A DNA stretch of 64,000 nt, from NCBI GenBank assembly GCA_039815185.1, contig JBCBZT010000003.1, positions 186,010-250,009 of the forward strand, read 5' to 3'. Positions 1 to 11,073 of this stretch are shown here, in pieces. Below the pieces are notes generated by a model. The model saw nothing but the letters and a program-made list of their open reading frames with translations. It was not told where the DNA came from and searched no databases. The translations under genes were made by a program, and so were the position numbers. The DNA comes from Cyanobacteria bacterium P01_A01_bin.123. Lineage in GTDB: Bacteria; Cyanobacteriota; Cyanobacteriia; Phormidesmidales; Phormidesmidaceae. The first letter of the stretch is position 1; each line of letters begins with the position of its first letter.

Positions 1-324
1 TACCCTAAAGTTGGCTTCAAAAGTGGGGCCATGTAATACGTTTAGTGCTAAGCTGATGCCCGCTTCCTGGGAACCTCTGGCACTACATATGTTAGAAAGC
101 TGCTGGGTTGGTTAAAATCATGCCTGACTAAAGTTAAGGTATAAATGCGCCTTGTCAAACAGCTCCCTGGGTAGGTTTATGTCTATCTTGGTGCCTACCA
201 GCTAAAATCAAGCCACTTTGCTTGATTTGATTTGTTTGAGGGAAGTGTTGAGCTTTCCCTATTCACCCAGCGCAAAGGATATCGTGTCATCCACGACCCT
301 GATTAGGAGTGAATTGGCAGCCCC

Positions 325-1005
325 ATGTTTATTTTGAAACGACAGGATGTGGACATTAAAAATGTTCAGCATCCTTCTAAAGATCAAAAAATCCCAATCC
401 TCGCTTACCAGGAGCAGACTTTTCGCCTGCTGAGTGTGTTTAATGCCGCACAGCATGAAGAGGCCATGGCACTTTGGCGTGATCTGACTGACAACAAAGG
501 GAAAGCCTGCGTATTGCTCGAGGAACCCGAACGGTTTAGCGTTTGGGGCAAGGTTCGACTTGATCAAATTGGGGCTGCTGGAGAGGGCGACGATCATGCC
601 CCCACCGGGCCTACTGCATCTCAAGCATTTGTGAAGGCGTGCTTGCTGTTGTTACAAGCACTGTATATTGACGTCGAAGATTTACTCGGTGATAAGCAAG
701 CCAGCTTATTTGCCAAAGACATTTCGGGGACGTTTGAACAGTGGCAGTTTCCTCAGACTAAAACCCCCAAGGCTGTGGAGACCCTGTTGACAGTTGATCC
801 CCTGGCGATGGCTCATATTCCAGCTTGGCAAGAACGCCATCTGACGATCCTGCTGCAAGAGCTGCACCGCCTAGGTAAAAACTATTTTGGCAACGCCAAT
901 TTTGCAGAGCGGGCGTTAGATGCACTGGAAGATTTGCCAGAAGGCGATCGCCAACAGTTTGTCGTCTGGCTAGGGCAAACCCCTAGTGGTCAGCTGTGGC
1001 AATAG
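325..1005 (+). CDS. Conserved cyanobacterial protein, Npun_F0813-like family
   Basis: 226 aa ORF; N-terminus MFILKRQDVDI...PILAYQEQTFRLLSVF...WRDLTDNKGKACVLLEEPERFSVWGK recognised as typical of this family. Confidence 0.75.
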   Translation: MFILKRQDVDIKNVQHPSKDQKIPILAYQEQTFRLLSVFNAAQHEEAMALWRDLTDNKGKACVLLEEPERFSVWGKVRLDQIGAAGEGDDHAPTGPTASQAFVKACLLLLQALYIDVEDLLGDKQASLFAKDISGTFEQWQFPQTKTPKAVETLLTVDPLAMAHIPAWQERHLTILLQELHRLGKNYFGNANFAERALDALEDLPEGDRQQFVVWLGQTPSGQLWQ

Positions 1006-1269
1006 ATCTGCAAAGCCTTGACCTGGATTGCCAGGCGTGAATCCACCGTTGATTCATCGCGTTAAGGCGCGATCGCGGCGCCATAGCTTTAAGATTTTTT
1101 GATATTTTGTCCTCACCCGTTATCTTGCTCGGTTCCTGGCGCACAATAGACTCGCTAAAAGCGTGTGTTAACAAAGCCTTAACAAAGGCGTATTCTTAAT
1201 AAACGCCCTTGGTTAACTGTCATTGATTGATGTGGCCAGCTTTGTCAGGTTGCATGTTGTTCTCTCAAC

Positions 1270-2304
1270 GTGAGGTGTATTGCCTTGAGTAGTTCGTCCT
1301 CAGGGAAGTCGATCCTTTCTACCCGAAAACTCATTTTATTTTGCATCGCCTGGGCAGTATTCTCCCTGGTCTTTTTCTTGCTCTTTAGTGTGCCGTCGCC
1401 AGGGCAGAGCCTACCTGATTGGTACTTTCTGGGGATTACCTTCCTCGAAACGGGAGCCTTTGCAATCGCCTGTGCACTTTGTCTGCGTAACTGGAAAAGC
1501 GCACAGATTGTCAGTGGTCGTGGTGTTTGGCTGGCCATCGGGCTAGGGCTGTTGTCCTATACCTTGGGCAATGTGCTCTTTTTCTTCTGGGGTAATGTTT
1601 GGGGACTTGACCCAGCGGTTTCCCTGGGGGATTTCTTTTACATCATCAGCTACCTATTTCTGGCATGGGGGATGTTGCAGGCAGTCCTGCCCCGTCGGCT
1701 TAACCTTGAGATTAGCCAATGGTTCATCATTGCTGGCGTGGGGCTTGGGGGGGTTGCCTTGGCGGTCTTCTTAACCTATTTTGCCTCCGTTGAAACGGCA
1801 ATGATACCGGGGATCAATCAGCCAGCCTATGCTCAAGAATCGGTTCCCGTGGACTCGGTTCCGTTGGAAACAGAGGAGGTTCCCATATCACCGCCTGAGG
1901 TTGTGCCTGGAATTGCGGATGAGGAGATTGTGGATGAGGAAGACGCCAGTAATGCTCCTGGTGTGATCGTTTTTCTAGATCAGGTTCTCAGCCCATTGGA
2001 AGATGTGGCTGGTATTCTTTATCTGATTGGAGACTGTGTGCTGGTGATTATTGCCACAACCCTGCTGGTGGCATTTTGGGGGGGGCGATTCTCCCAGTCA
2101 TGGAAGTTGATCGCGATCGCGGCGTTTTGCCTTTACATTGCCGATATGTTTTTTGCCTACAATGTCGGTCTAGATACCTACGAAGAAGGTCGGCTTTGGG
2201 AGGTCTTTTGGACTTTCTCTGCAATTTTCTTTGCCCTTGGGGCGGCAGTCGAATACGAAATTTCTACCAAATCACGCCGCACATCCCGTCGCAGAAGGAG
2301 TTAG
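1270..2304 (+). CDS. Multi-pass membrane protein of unknown function
   Basis: About 8 hydrophobic segments, an acidic Pro/Glu-rich loop and a basic C-terminal tail; GTG start uncertain. Confidence 0.75.
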   Translation: MRCIALSSSSSGKSILSTRKLILFCIAWAVFSLVFFLLFSVPSPGQSLPDWYFLGITFLETGAFAIACALCLRNWKSAQIVSGRGVWLAIGLGLLSYTLGNVLFFFWGNVWGLDPAVSLGDFFYIISYLFLAWGMLQAVLPRRLNLEISQWFIIAGVGLGGVALAVFLTYFASVETAMIPGINQPAYAQESVPVDSVPLETEEVPISPPEVVPGIADEEIVDEEDASNAPGVIVFLDQVLSPLEDVAGILYLIGDCVLVIIATTLLVAFWGGRFSQSWKLIAIAAFCLYIADMFFAYNVGLDTYEEGRLWEVFWTFSAIFFALGAAVEYEISTKSRRTSRRRRS

Positions 2305-2380
2305 GTTAGAGGGGAGGGTTCTGGCGCGGCAAGGCTGCTTGAAATACTCCAGTTCATATCGTTTTCGGGTTCCCGGTAGC

Positions 2381-3547
2381 ATGGCTCCAAGTAAACTTTC
2401 TGATGCAGATAAGCAGGACATCATTGTCTTGTACAAAAATCCGGGGGAAACCACATCGACCCTGGCTGAGCGCTATGGCGTCAGTAACAGCACCATTAGT
2501 CGATTGCTCAAAAGTTCTTTGCCAGAATCCGAGTACAGCGCGCTGATTCAGCAAAAGCGTTCAGCGTCTGATTCAGCCCCGGCTTCAACCCCCTCAACTG
2601 CGCCGTCGGCGCCCAAGCTGCGCCAAACCGCTGCAAAGACGAGTTCGTCTACTACAGCGGGGGAAGAATCGGCAAAAGATGAGCAATCCCAGAAAATGCC
2701 CCGCCGTCGGACGCGATCGAAGGCCACTCAAGATAAGTCAGATCAGGCTAATGGGGAAGCGATCGGAACAGCTCTGGTAATGGCCAATCCGGGGGCTCCC
2801 TCCCCAAAGCTACAAACTGACAATGCGTCGTCCGTGTCAGACCCCATAGGGGATGTGCCCCCCTCTAAGGTGACCAAACCCACTCGACGAAAGCGATCGC
2901 GGCAGCCATCCCAAGCTGCCACGGAGACTGCAGAACAAATTAACCTGCTCGATCAATCTGAGCCCTCTGAGACGGTGACGGAACCCATCCAGGAGTCGAA
3001 GCGACCTCAGCTTAAACTACGCAATCGCGAGCCGGTTGAAGCTGAACCGCCCATGGATGAATCTTTGGATGAGCCCTTGGACGAGATCAATGTCCTTGAT
3101 GATGACGATGCTGCGTTGCCTACCCAGGATGACGACTATGGCGACGATGAAGACGACTGGGATGACGGTGATGATGAGGATGATCCCGAAGAGGGAGATG
3201 ATTCGGCATCCTCGACTCAGTTCCCCAGAGAAGCGATTGTGCAGATTATTCCGCTAACCCAGGATGTACTGCCCAAACCTTGTTACTTGGTAGTCGATCG
3301 CATGGCAGAACTAGTTACCCAGCCGTTGAAGTCCTTTGGCGATTTGGGCCCGCTTCCTGAGGCCAAGACGACTGCTAGAACCCTGCCTGTGTTTGATAAT
3401 CATCGAGTTGCTCGACGCTTTACCCAGCGTAACCAGCGAGTCGTCAAAGTCCCCGATGGCGGACTGTTGCACAAGACAAGCGTTTACCTCCAAGCGAAGG
3501 GCATTACCCACCTACTGATTGATGGCCGGGTGTATTCGCTGACGTAA
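2381..3547 (+). CDS. Conserved cyanobacterial helix-turn-helix protein with long disordered acidic linker
   Basis: N-terminal HTH (ETTSTLAERYGVSNSTISRLLK), Ser/Pro/Asp-rich middle, globular C-terminal domain (YLVVDRMAELVT...LPVFDNHRVARRF); start taken at ATG 2381. Confidence 0.75.
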   Translation: MAPSKLSDADKQDIIVLYKNPGETTSTLAERYGVSNSTISRLLKSSLPESEYSALIQQKRSASDSAPASTPSTAPSAPKLRQTAAKTSSSTTAGEESAKDEQSQKMPRRRTRSKATQDKSDQANGEAIGTALVMANPGAPSPKLQTDNASSVSDPIGDVPPSKVTKPTRRKRSRQPSQAATETAEQINLLDQSEPSETVTEPIQESKRPQLKLRNREPVEAEPPMDESLDEPLDEINVLDDDDAALPTQDDDYGDDEDDWDDGDDEDDPEEGDDSASSTQFPREAIVQIIPLTQDVLPKPCYLVVDRMAELVTQPLKSFGDLGPLPEAKTTARTLPVFDNHRVARRFTQRNQRVVKVPDGGLLHKTSVYLQAKGITHLLIDGRVYSLT

Positions 3548-3570
3548 GGATCAAGTGCGGCTTGCATGGT

Positions 3571-3745
3571 TCAAAACAGGGTATCGAGGATTGTGATTAA
3601 GCGATCGCACGCTTCTAAGGTGTTGTAGTGCAGCATACTGACCCGCACCATACCGTTTTGTGTTGTTTGCCCCAAATCTTTAATCAGGCGTTTGGCATAG
3701 AAGTGGCCATGGCGGATACTAATGTTGTGGCCATAAACGTGAATG
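3571..3745 (-). pseudogene. Remnant of the 3' end of a class-V aminotransferase / cysteine desulfurase-like gene
   Basis: Manual translation IHVYGHNISIRHGHFYAKRLIKDLGQTTQNGMVRVSMLHYNTLEACDRLITILDTLF*; RVSxxHYNTxEExDRL is the class-V C-terminal motif; in-frame stop shortly upstream and no full-length gene. Confidence 0.7.
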
Positions 3746-3956
3746 TTTGGGTGGGTAAATGATGTTTTGGTGAGTAAATGATGCGATAGTTGTCAATTCC
3801 AACTAAATACTGATACCATTTTTTACATTACTCTAGACTTCATTGCTTATGACTTCAGACAACGTCATAAGCTAATGTTAATTGACGGGTGCTACACCGT
3901 TCGAAGCCACGTGCAATAGAACCCAGAACACCGTCCTAAATTAATTATTGGGTGCA

Positions 3957-5087
3957 ATGGAGAGCATTTTAGAGACTCAGGAATCTTTTGACACTCTGGA
4001 AAGAGAGTTGCTGATCTACGAGCGTGTGCTTGAGGCTCAGCCTAATAATCATGAGGCTTGGCGACATCGCAGTTATTTGCTGGGCCATTTGGGGCGTTAT
4101 CAGGCGGCGATCGCCAGCTATGAGAAAACTCTAGCGCTCAATTCTAGTCATTCCGATGATTGGTTTAACTACGGCGTTGCATTAGCCCAGGCTGGGTGCT
4201 ATGAAGCAGCGCTATCCAGCTATGATGAAGCACTTAATCGGTCTCCTCAATCTGCTAAAACCCTGCATCGTAAAGCATTTAGCCTCCATCGTTTGGAACG
4301 ACATGAGGAAGCTTGTCAGTGCTATAAAGCTGCGCTCGCGTTAGATCCAAACTATGCTTCGGCTTGGTACCATTTGGGCAAAGTGCAGTATGGATTGGGG
4401 CGCTATGAGGACAGTCTAGAGAGCTTTCAACAAGCTGTTGTGCTCGAACCCAATTCTTTCAAGGCGCAACAATGTTTGGGATATTTACAGATGCGTTTTG
4501 GTTATTACACTGAGGCGCTCAAGCATTTTGTGATTGCCAGTCGGCTTCAGCCCGATAACCCCCAACCCCTGGTCCTTCAGAGCTATTTGTTACGTCAACT
4601 CGGCAAGACTCAAGCCGCCCTTAAATGTCTCGAAGAGGCGATCGCGCTTGAGCCAGACGACCATTACTTTTGGTATCAGCGGGGGCTGACGTTAGTCAAT
4701 ATGGGGGCATATCCTGCTGCCCAGTCTTCTTTGGTGAAGTCACTCAAAGCAGAAGCCTATCAATATCAGGCTTGGTTGGCCTTGGGGTTAACATTACAAA
4801 AGCTAGGCGGCTATCAAGATGCGATTGAAGCTTACAACAAAGCGTTATCCATTGAGCCAGATTTAGCCTTTGCGTTTTATCACCAAGCCTGCTGCTATGC
4901 CTATCAAGATCGGCCTGACTGGGCCATTGAACATCTGCGTCGCGCCATTGCCCTAGCCCCCCAAACCTACTTAGGCCGCGCTAAGCAAGAGCCGGTGTTG
5001 GCAAGTTTGCAGCAGGATGAACGTTTTCAAGCATTGTTAGAGGAAGATCCGACTTTAGAGACGTATTGTTTGCTCAAGGGATCATAA
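3957..5087 (+). CDS. Tetratricopeptide repeat protein
   Basis: Successive 34-aa TPR units (AW...G..L..LGRY..A...Y..AL...P) and C-terminal YHQACCYA TPR-end motif. Confidence 0.9.
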   Translation: MESILETQESFDTLERELLIYERVLEAQPNNHEAWRHRSYLLGHLGRYQAAIASYEKTLALNSSHSDDWFNYGVALAQAGCYEAALSSYDEALNRSPQSAKTLHRKAFSLHRLERHEEACQCYKAALALDPNYASAWYHLGKVQYGLGRYEDSLESFQQAVVLEPNSFKAQQCLGYLQMRFGYYTEALKHFVIASRLQPDNPQPLVLQSYLLRQLGKTQAALKCLEEAIALEPDDHYFWYQRGLTLVNMGAYPAAQSSLVKSLKAEAYQYQAWLALGLTLQKLGGYQDAIEAYNKALSIEPDLAFAFYHQACCYAYQDRPDWAIEHLRRAIALAPQTYLGRAKQEPVLASLQQDERFQALLEEDPTLETYCLLKGS

Positions 5088-5226
5088 GGACTAGAGAGGC
5101 TAGGTCGATGAGTTTTCAGTGTGGCATTCTGAGTTGAATGCAACGGAATATTACGCGATCGTGCTTAAAGTTCAAGCATTCCTAAGCGATGTCCTCAATT
5201 GGGTCAGTGCTTTATTAGGATAAAGA

Positions 5227-5300
5227 TAAGCCCCATCTGATTTGCAAACTTGAGGGTTTACCTCAAAGAAAAGCTGTGGATCTGGATGTTGACGCGGTTT
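5227..5300 (+). repeat. Degenerate MITE-like repeat copy
   Basis: CCCCATCTGATTTGCAAACTTGAG...GTGGATCTGGATGT. Confidence 0.65.
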
Positions 5301-5333
5301 CGATGCCCTTCACACCCAAAATCGGAGACCATC

Positions 5334-5513
5334 ATGGACAAAACACTGCTTGGCCTCTTCATCCTAAGCTTGGTTCTGGTATTAGCTTGGGCAACTCATG
5401 CGGTAATGATGCTAACAATCATTATTGGGTTGGCATATTTAGTGATTTGGGGATCTTGGAATTTGTTGCAGGTTTTGAATAATGCCAGCAACCCTAGGCG
5501 GGTTTTGGATTGA
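5334..5513 (+). CDS. Small two-helix membrane protein (59 aa), hypothetical
   Basis: GGAG RBS before ATG 5334; two hydrophobic stretches. Confidence 0.5.
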   Translation: MDKTLLGLFILSLVLVLAWATHAVMMLTIIIGLAYLVIWGSWNLLQVLNNASNPRRVLD

Positions 5514-5522
5514 GCCACTGCG

Positions 5523-6428
5523 CTAGCCAAATTCTTGCAGGCTGAATTTTTGTAGGGCTAGCTTTGCTGCGCCAACGGTTCCAGCTTGGTTGCCTAATTC
5601 TGCTAATAAAACCTGTAGCCCCTCCCGAGAACTAGGGATGACTCGACGTTCAATTTCAGCTAGGGTGGTGGGCAAAAATAACTCGGCTCCGGCGCTGATG
5701 CCGCCCCCCAAGACAACAACTTCTGGGGTCAGCACGTAGATCAAGCTGGTAATCCCTGCCCCTAGATGACGACCGTACTGTTGCCAAAATGCGATCGCCT
5801 CTGAATCGCCAGCTTTAGCTTTGGCGGCCAGTTCTCCAGGTTCGCACCCCGTTTCACGCCGAACTGCTTGTACGGAGCAATGCTGTTCTAAGGAGCCTTG
5901 GTTGCCGCTATTACAGGGTGGCCCATTAGGGTTAAGTGTAATCAGACCCAGTTCTCCCGCGGCGCCCGTGCGCCCGACAAAAAGTTGGCCATTGAGAATC
6001 ACAGCGCCACCGACACCTGTGCCCAGAGTCAACAAAATTAAGTTGTTGTAATGGCGTCCAGCCCCGAGCCACGCTTCCCCTAAGCCGGCACAGTTAGCAT
6101 CATTGGCCAACACCGTTGAGCGCTGGGTTTTAGCTTCTAGCCATTCGGCTAGGGGCACATTATGCCACCCAGTTAAGTTAATGGCGACCCGGGCAATGCG
6201 TCCATTGGCGTCAGCAGGGCCAGGTGTACCAACGCCAATGGCCTGGACTTCATGGTTGGGATCTATAGTTGCGATCGCGTCAATCATGGCTGCTGTCACG
6301 GCTTCAGGGGTAGCGGGTTGGGGGGTAGCAACGTTCAATGATTGCAGGCATTTGCCTGTGGTAGTAAAGCGACCGAGTTTGATTGCGGTTCCGCCTAAAT
6401 CAATACCGATGACTTGGGGCTGTGCCAT
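5523..6428 (-). CDS. ROK family sugar kinase (glucokinase-like)
   Basis: GIDLGGT, NDANCAGLGE, LTLGTGVGG, AGELG, CNSGNQGSLE motifs. Confidence 0.92.
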   Translation of the reverse strand: MAQPQVIGIDLGGTAIKLGRFTTTGKCLQSLNVATPQPATPEAVTAAMIDAIATIDPNHEVQAIGVGTPGPADANGRIARVAINLTGWHNVPLAEWLEAKTQRSTVLANDANCAGLGEAWLGAGRHYNNLILLTLGTGVGGAVILNGQLFVGRTGAAGELGLITLNPNGPPCNSGNQGSLEQHCSVQAVRRETGCEPGELAAKAKAGDSEAIAFWQQYGRHLGAGITSLIYVLTPEVVVLGGGISAGAELFLPTTLAEIERRVIPSSREGLQVLLAELGNQAGTVGAAKLALQKFSLQEFG

Positions 6429-6686
6429 AGAAATCTGGCCAAAATGCTTGAAAATCTAACCCAAAGATTGTCTCAGATTTTGCCTAGAGATGCGATGTGT
6501 TCCGCTGCTAGGGGGGATGGCAGGCAATTGTATGACTGCACCTAATATTTGTCTGCTCAACCTGCCCCTCTCAAGATGGTTCGGATATGCCTGATTGCTC
6601 CTAGAGATCTTCCCATCCCGCTATCTCCCTCCTCTCCATTCTTCCCGTAAGATAATTCGAGCAGCACTACAGCAAGGGAGCAACCT

Positions 6687-7664
6687 ATGCAGCCAAAGTT
6701 AATCATCCACGGTGGGGCGGGCAGTTCGCTTAAGGGTGGGCGAGCGGCGGTGCGCCAAGATCTCTATGACATTGTTGAGGCGATATATGCCAGGTTGATG
6801 GCTGGGGCGTCAGCGAAAGCGGCGGTTGTTTATGGCTGTCAATTGCTAGAGGCAAATCCTCGGTTTAATGCAGGCAAGGGATCGGTGTTGCAATCTGATG
6901 GGCAGGTTCGCATGAGTGCGGCGTTGATGGATGGGGTAACCCAGCGGTTTAGTGGGGTGATTAATGTGTCCCGGGTTGAGCATCCGATTGAACTGGCAGA
7001 ATTTTTGCAAGCTGCTGACGATCGGGTGCTGTCGGATCATGGCGCTGCGGATTTGGCGCGGGAGCTGCAGTTACCGATTTACGACCCGCTGACAGATTTG
7101 CGGATTCAAGAGTGGATTCAGGAAAGGGCTGGTAATTTTCAAAAAGCAATGGCTGGCGTGGTGGCTGAGAATGGGTCACCTGAAGGTGGGTCGCCTGACA
7201 ATGGTTTGCCTGAGCGTGACGGTGCCCGTTCTAACGCTCGGCGAGGCACAATTGGCGTGGTTGCCTTAGATCAAACAGGTCAAATTGTTGCGGGAACCTC
7301 AACTGGCGGCAAAGGGCTGGAACGAATTGGCCGGGTGAGCGATTCGGCTATGCCTGCGGGTAACTATGCTATGGCTGAAGCAGGGGTGAGCTGTACGGGA
7401 GTTGGGGAAGATATTATCGATGAATGTTTGGCGGCAAAAATTGTGATTCGTGTGGTGGATGGCGCATCCCTAGGGCAGTCCATGGAAAAGTCGTTTACTG
7501 AGGCGAGCCAGCATCAACGAGATTTGGGCGCGATCGCGATTGATAAAACGGGTGCGATCGCCTGGGGGAAAACCAGCGAAGTGTTGCTCGCGGCTTACCA
7601 CGATGGTTACCAAATGGGCGACAGCCTAGATGCTGACGTGGCGCCACAGACAGTCGTAATCTAA
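6687..7664 (+). CDS. iaaA: Isoaspartyl peptidase / plant-type L-asparaginase
   Basis: IIHGGAG N-terminus, FNAGKGS, GTIGVVA nucleophile Thr, STGG, GRVSDS, SCTGVGE. Confidence 0.88.
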   Translation: MQPKLIIHGGAGSSLKGGRAAVRQDLYDIVEAIYARLMAGASAKAAVVYGCQLLEANPRFNAGKGSVLQSDGQVRMSAALMDGVTQRFSGVINVSRVEHPIELAEFLQAADDRVLSDHGAADLARELQLPIYDPLTDLRIQEWIQERAGNFQKAMAGVVAENGSPEGGSPDNGLPERDGARSNARRGTIGVVALDQTGQIVAGTSTGGKGLERIGRVSDSAMPAGNYAMAEAGVSCTGVGEDIIDECLAAKIVIRVVDGASLGQSMEKSFTEASQHQRDLGAIAIDKTGAIAWGKTSEVLLAAYHDGYQMGDSLDADVAPQTVVI

Positions 7665-7767
7665 ACCCATTCATTTTCGGAAATTTGCTGGGACTCGTGC
7701 CGACTAGCCAGAATCTGAGTACTATTTGACCCAGTGCCGCTCCTTGAATTTTGCAGTTCTACCTGTG

Positions 7768-8664
7768 ATGAAGCGTTTTTTTAGTCCGTTAGCAAGTTTG
7801 TTGGCTTTTCCAGGTTGGGCCTTACTGTCTCTGGCGATGAACGGTGTCTTGTTTGTCACGGTGCTGGTGTTGCTGCGGCAACCCCCCAACAGTGTCTCGA
7901 CTTCGACTGGTGCTGGCGCGTTTGCCGCTGATAGAGCGGGGGGAAATGCAACTGAGTCAAAGTCTTCGATGTTGCCTCAGGCCCAAGCTTCAGCCGCTCA
8001 ATCTGATTTAGCCAACCTGCAAATTTCGTCACAGTTGGGCGATCGCCATCGGTTGAGCTATCAACAATGGGTGGCACTGCTCCAGCAGGAAGCCGACGCG
8101 ATCGCTCAGCAGAAGCCTAAGAATCTTAGCGTATTGCTAGGGGATTCTATCAGCCTGTGGTTTCCCCCAGAACAGTTGCCTGCTGCCCAAACCTGGCTAA
8201 ATCAAGGTATATCTGGGGAAACGACTGCCGGATTGCTCGATCGCCTGAGCCTGCTTGATGATGTCCAGGCCCAGACTATTTTTTTGATGATCGGCATCAA
8301 TGATTTGATTTGGGGCAAACAAGACGCCGATATCATTGCTAACTACCGCCGAATTGTACGCGATTTGAAGGCGACCCACCCCGAGACGACCCTCGTTGTG
8401 CAGTCCATTTTGCCCCATGCGGCTGAACAGGCGACTTGGGAAGGGCGCGATCGCCTCTTAGTCTTGCCCAACCGCCGGATTAGCGCCCTGAATGAATCGC
8501 TCAAGATCATCGCCTTTGAGGAAGGGGTCGAATACCTTGATCTCTATCTGCTGTTTGCCGATTCCGAAGGGCGTCTGCGATCAGACCTGACCACCGATGG
8601 TCTCCACCTTAATCTCCAAGGTTATGTGGTTTGGCAAACGGCGATCGCCCTTTATTCCCGATAA
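7768..8664 (+). CDS. SGNH/GDSL hydrolase with N-terminal membrane anchor
   Basis: LLGDSI, NQGISGETT, MIGINDL, DGLHL blocks. Confidence 0.9.
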   Translation: MKRFFSPLASLLAFPGWALLSLAMNGVLFVTVLVLLRQPPNSVSTSTGAGAFAADRAGGNATESKSSMLPQAQASAAQSDLANLQISSQLGDRHRLSYQQWVALLQQEADAIAQQKPKNLSVLLGDSISLWFPPEQLPAAQTWLNQGISGETTAGLLDRLSLLDDVQAQTIFLMIGINDLIWGKQDADIIANYRRIVRDLKATHPETTLVVQSILPHAAEQATWEGRDRLLVLPNRRISALNESLKIIAFEEGVEYLDLYLLFADSEGRLRSDLTTDGLHLNLQGYVVWQTAIALYSR

Positions 8665-8758
8665 TGGTTTTCATTAAGACTCAGATCGGTAGCTGTACCC
8701 CCAATCCCGTTATCCTAGGTAACAACTCGCAACTTGTGGGGAACCTACGAGAAAGTTT

Positions 8759-9964
8759 ATGGATACTAAAGCGTTTAAGCGATCGCTACAAAAGTCAGAG
8801 CACTATCACCGCAAGGGATTTGGCCATGAAGTCGCAGTGGCCGAACAGTTGCAAACCGAATATCAAAGTAGTCTGATTCAGAAAATTCGCGATCATAACT
8901 ACAAACTTACCCAAGGCCGCGTGACCATTCGCCTCGCCGAATCCTTTGGCTTTTGCTGGGGCGTAGAGCGGGCCGTGGCTATGGCCTACGAAGCGCGGCA
9001 GCATTTCCCCCAAGAACGCATCTGGATCACCAACGAAATTATTCATAATCCAGAAGTTAATCAAAAGCTCAAAACGATGGCCGTAGGCTTTATTGAGGTG
9101 ATTGACGGAGCCAAAGATTTCTCTGTGGTTGATGCCGGAGACGTTGTGATTTTGCCCGCTTTTGGGGCCAGTGTTCAAGAAATGCAGTTGCTCAGCGATC
9201 GTGGCACCACCATTGTCGATACGACCTGCCCCTGGGTTTCAAAAGTGTGGAACACCGTCGAAAAACATAAAAAGAAAGATTGCACTTCTATCATTCACGG
9301 TAAATACAAACACGAAGAAACCGTCGCGACCAGTTCCTTTGCAGGTAAATATTTGGTTGTGCTCAATTTGGCCGAAGCTGAATACGTTGCCGACTACATT
9401 CTCAACGGTGGTGAACGCGATGTGTTTATGGCAAAGTTTGCCCAAGCGGCCTCGATCGGGTTTGACCCTGATCGTGACCTCGATCGCGTTGGTATTGCCA
9501 ACCAAACCACCATGCTCAAAGGTGAAACCGAAGCCATCGGTAAATTGTTTGAGCACACGATGTTGAAGAAGTACGGCCCCCTCAACCTCAACGACCATTT
9601 TCAGAGCTTCAATACCATCTGCGATGCTACCCAAGAGCGGCAAGATGCCATGTTTGATCTGGTTGATGAACCCCTTGACTTGATGGTGGTGATTGGCGGC
9701 TACAACTCCTCCAACACGACCCATCTGCAAGAAATTGCCATTGAACGAGAGATTCCTTCCTATCACATTGACAGCGCTGCTCGCATTGGCCCTGGTAACC
9801 AGATTGAGCATAAACCGCTCCACGGTGATCTGATCGTCACTAGTCCCTGGCTCCCCGATGGTTCTATCACGGTAGGCGTGACCTCTGGTGCATCCACCCC
9901 CGATCGCGCCGTTGAAGAAACTATCGAAAAGATTTTTGAGCTCAAGGCAGCAGTGCTCGGTTAG
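8759..9964 (+). CDS. ispH: 4-hydroxy-3-methylbut-2-enyl diphosphate reductase
   Basis: [47 protein letters not shown]. Confidence 0.97.
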   Translation: MDTKAFKRSLQKSEHYHRKGFGHEVAVAEQLQTEYQSSLIQKIRDHNYKLTQGRVTIRLAESFGFCWGVERAVAMAYEARQHFPQERIWITNEIIHNPEVNQKLKTMAVGFIEVIDGAKDFSVVDAGDVVILPAFGASVQEMQLLSDRGTTIVDTTCPWVSKVWNTVEKHKKKDCTSIIHGKYKHEETVATSSFAGKYLVVLNLAEAEYVADYILNGGERDVFMAKFAQAASIGFDPDRDLDRVGIANQTTMLKGETEAIGKLFEHTMLKKYGPLNLNDHFQSFNTICDATQERQDAMFDLVDEPLDLMVVIGGYNSSNTTHLQEIAIEREIPSYHIDSAARIGPGNQIEHKPLHGDLIVTSPWLPDGSITVGVTSGASTPDRAVEETIEKIFELKAAVLG

Positions 9965-10926
9965 GTGCTCATCTCGAGCATCCGCTGAATCGGGCGTAAG
10001 GCTCTCGCCCGAATGTCTTCGGGTAGGGTGATTTCTGGACTCCGATGCTCCATCGCGAGGTAGAGTTTCTCTAAAGTGTTTAACCGCATGTGAGGACATT
10101 CATTGCAGGCACAGTTGTTCATCGGTGGGGCAGGGATGAACAACTTATGAGACACTTGCTTTTCCATCTGATGGATAATGCCCGGTTCAGTCACGACTAT
10201 AAACTGGTCGCGATCGCTGGTCTGGACATATTTCAGTAATGCCGTTGTTGAGCCAATGTATTGGGCATGGCGCAGCACGGATTCTTCGCATTCTGGGTGG
10301 GCCACTACTTCAGCATCAGGATATTCCATCTGAAGCTGCACAATTTTTTTCTCTGAGAAGGTTTCGTGAACAATGCAGCTCCCTTGCCAGAGCACCAAAT
10401 CCCGTCCGGTTTGGTTGGTCACATAACGGCCTAAGTTGCGGTCAGGGGCAAAAATAATGGGCTGATCCGCAGGAATTTGATTGATGATGTGCACTGCGTT
10501 GGAGCTGGTGCAAATGATATCGCTCATGGCCTTAATCTCAGCGGTGCAGTTGATGTAGGACACCACCCAATGATCAGGGTGATCCGCTTTAAACTTGGCA
10601 AACTCAGCTGGTGGGCAGCTATCGGCCAGGGAGCATCCGGCAGCTAAATCGGGCAGCAGGACTAGCTTGTTAGGGTTGAGGATTTTTGCAGTCTCCGCCA
10701 TAAAGTGAACCCCGGCAAAGACAATTACATCGGCATCTGTGCTAGCCGCCTTTTGAGAGAGACCCAGGGAATCGCCAATGTAGTCTGCCACATCTTGAAT
10801 GTCTGGCTCTTGGTAGTAGTGGGCCAGAACGATTGCATTTAAGTCTTTTTTTAGAGTTGCGATCGCCTCGAACAGATCAACCGCAGCGGTATTGGGTGGG
10901 GTAGTTTTCAGGGCAGTGGTGAACAC
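9961..10926 (-). CDS. nadA: Quinolinate synthase A
   Basis: [51 protein letters not shown]. Confidence 0.97.
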   Translation of the reverse strand: MFTTALKTTPPNTAAVDLFEAIATLKKDLNAIVLAHYYQEPDIQDVADYIGDSLGLSQKAASTDADVIVFAGVHFMAETAKILNPNKLVLLPDLAAGCSLADSCPPAEFAKFKADHPDHWVVSYINCTAEIKAMSDIICTSSNAVHIINQIPADQPIIFAPDRNLGRYVTNQTGRDLVLWQGSCIVHETFSEKKIVQLQMEYPDAEVVAHPECEESVLRHAQYIGSTTALLKYVQTSDRDQFIVVTEPGIIHQMEKQVSHKLFIPAPPMNNCACNECPHMRLNTLEKLYLAMEHRSPEITLPEDIRARALRPIQRMLEMST

Positions 10927-11073
10927 AGCGTTACCTTTCTTTTTGTGATTAATGACAATATAGTGAGATATTAATTATAGTTGTTTTTACCAAAAATTGA
11001 ATAGGGATAACCGATTGCTTGGGATCGCCTCTGCCGGATATATTACGAGAGGTTACAAATAGAGCCTCCCGTT

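Noticed and set aside
2381..3547. Transposase (N-terminal HTH resembles IS HTH domains)
   Set aside because: No DDE/HUH catalytic domain and no terminal repeats; it looks like a conserved cyanobacterial HTH protein
9239..10099. 286 aa minus-strand ORF and the many other short antisense ORFs in the track
   Set aside because: They lie antisense to or out of frame within well-supported genes (here ispH/nadA) and have no motifs; treated as shadow ORFs
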